Below, one piece after another: positions 11,747 to 11,997 of a DNA stretch of 11,997 nt (position 1 is the stretch's first letter; every line of letters starts with the position of its first letter). The stretch is taken from positions 1-11,997 of the forward strand of contig JASLZZ010000073.1 in assembly GCA_030754595.1 (NCBI GenBank), in the 5' to 3' direction. The notes below the pieces were generated by a model. That model was given only the letters and a program-made list of their open reading frames with translations. It did not search any database and was not told where the DNA came from. The DNA is from Nitrospinota bacterium. GTDB taxonomy: Bacteria > UBA8248. A program made the translations under genes and the position numbers.

Positions 11747-11823
11747 TGGCAGGCCAGGAGGGACTTGAACCCCCAACCGCCGGATTTGGAGTCCGGTGCT
11801 CTACCAAATTGAGCCACTGGCCT
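11747..11823 (-). tRNA. tRNA-Trp (anticodon CCA), CCA end encoded
   Basis: AGGCCAG-TG-GCTC-AATTTGGTA-GAGC-A-CCGGA-CTCCAAA-TCCGG-CGGTT-GGGGG-TTCAAGT-CCCTC-CTGGCCT-G-CCA folds into a full 77-nt cloverleaf with G73 discriminator. Confidence 0.99.
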
Positions 11824-11878
11824 TTGACACCGGCGCGCCGCGCCGGACCCCGACGAGCCTCTCTCCCCCTTCGGGGGC

Positions 11879-11997
11879 CTACTCGGTCACTTCGGTGACG
11901 ACGCCGGCGCCCACCGTGCGCCCGCCCTCGCGGATCGCGAAGCGAAGCTCGCGCTCCATCGCGATGGGCTGGATCAACGACACGTCCATCGAAACGT
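11879..11997 (-). CDS. tuf: Elongation factor Tu, C-terminal fragment (5'-partial)
   Basis: Manual translation: [38 protein letters not shown], stop TAG at 11881-11879. [14 protein letters not shown] is the EF-Tu domain 3 signature. Not in the ORF track. Confidence 0.98.
   Translation of the reverse strand, partial: VSMDVSLIQPIAMERELRFAIREGGRTVGAGVVTEVTE

Overview
A conserved bacterial housekeeping cluster on the minus strand of a GC-rich genome. In transcription order: 3' end of tuf, tRNA-Trp(CCA), secE, nusG, rplK, rplA, rplJ, rplL, rpoB, rpoC. All complete genes look intact, with no frameshifts or inteins. At the left edge, the 3' end of an IS5-family element (+ strand, missed by the ORF track) ends just past the rpoC stop; its flanking TAG at 138-140 is 34 bp from the stop codon. 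RNAP carries SI1, SI2 and SI3 but lacks beta-i11, which suggests a non-Proteobacterial lineage such as Nitrospinota, Tectomicrobia or Acidobacteriota (inference only). I see no novel multi-gene system. The most interesting small-scale signals are: (i) a 27-aa RpoB insertion that aligns with the same organism's RpoC zinc ribbon but lacks all four Cys; (ii) no room for an L10 leader (13-bp rplA-rplJ gap), with an L1-binding site in front of rplA; (iii) an inverted repeat pairing the bases just after the rplL stop with the rpoB Shine-Dalgarno; (iv) the IS5 insertion; (v) no rpmG between tuf and tRNA-Trp.
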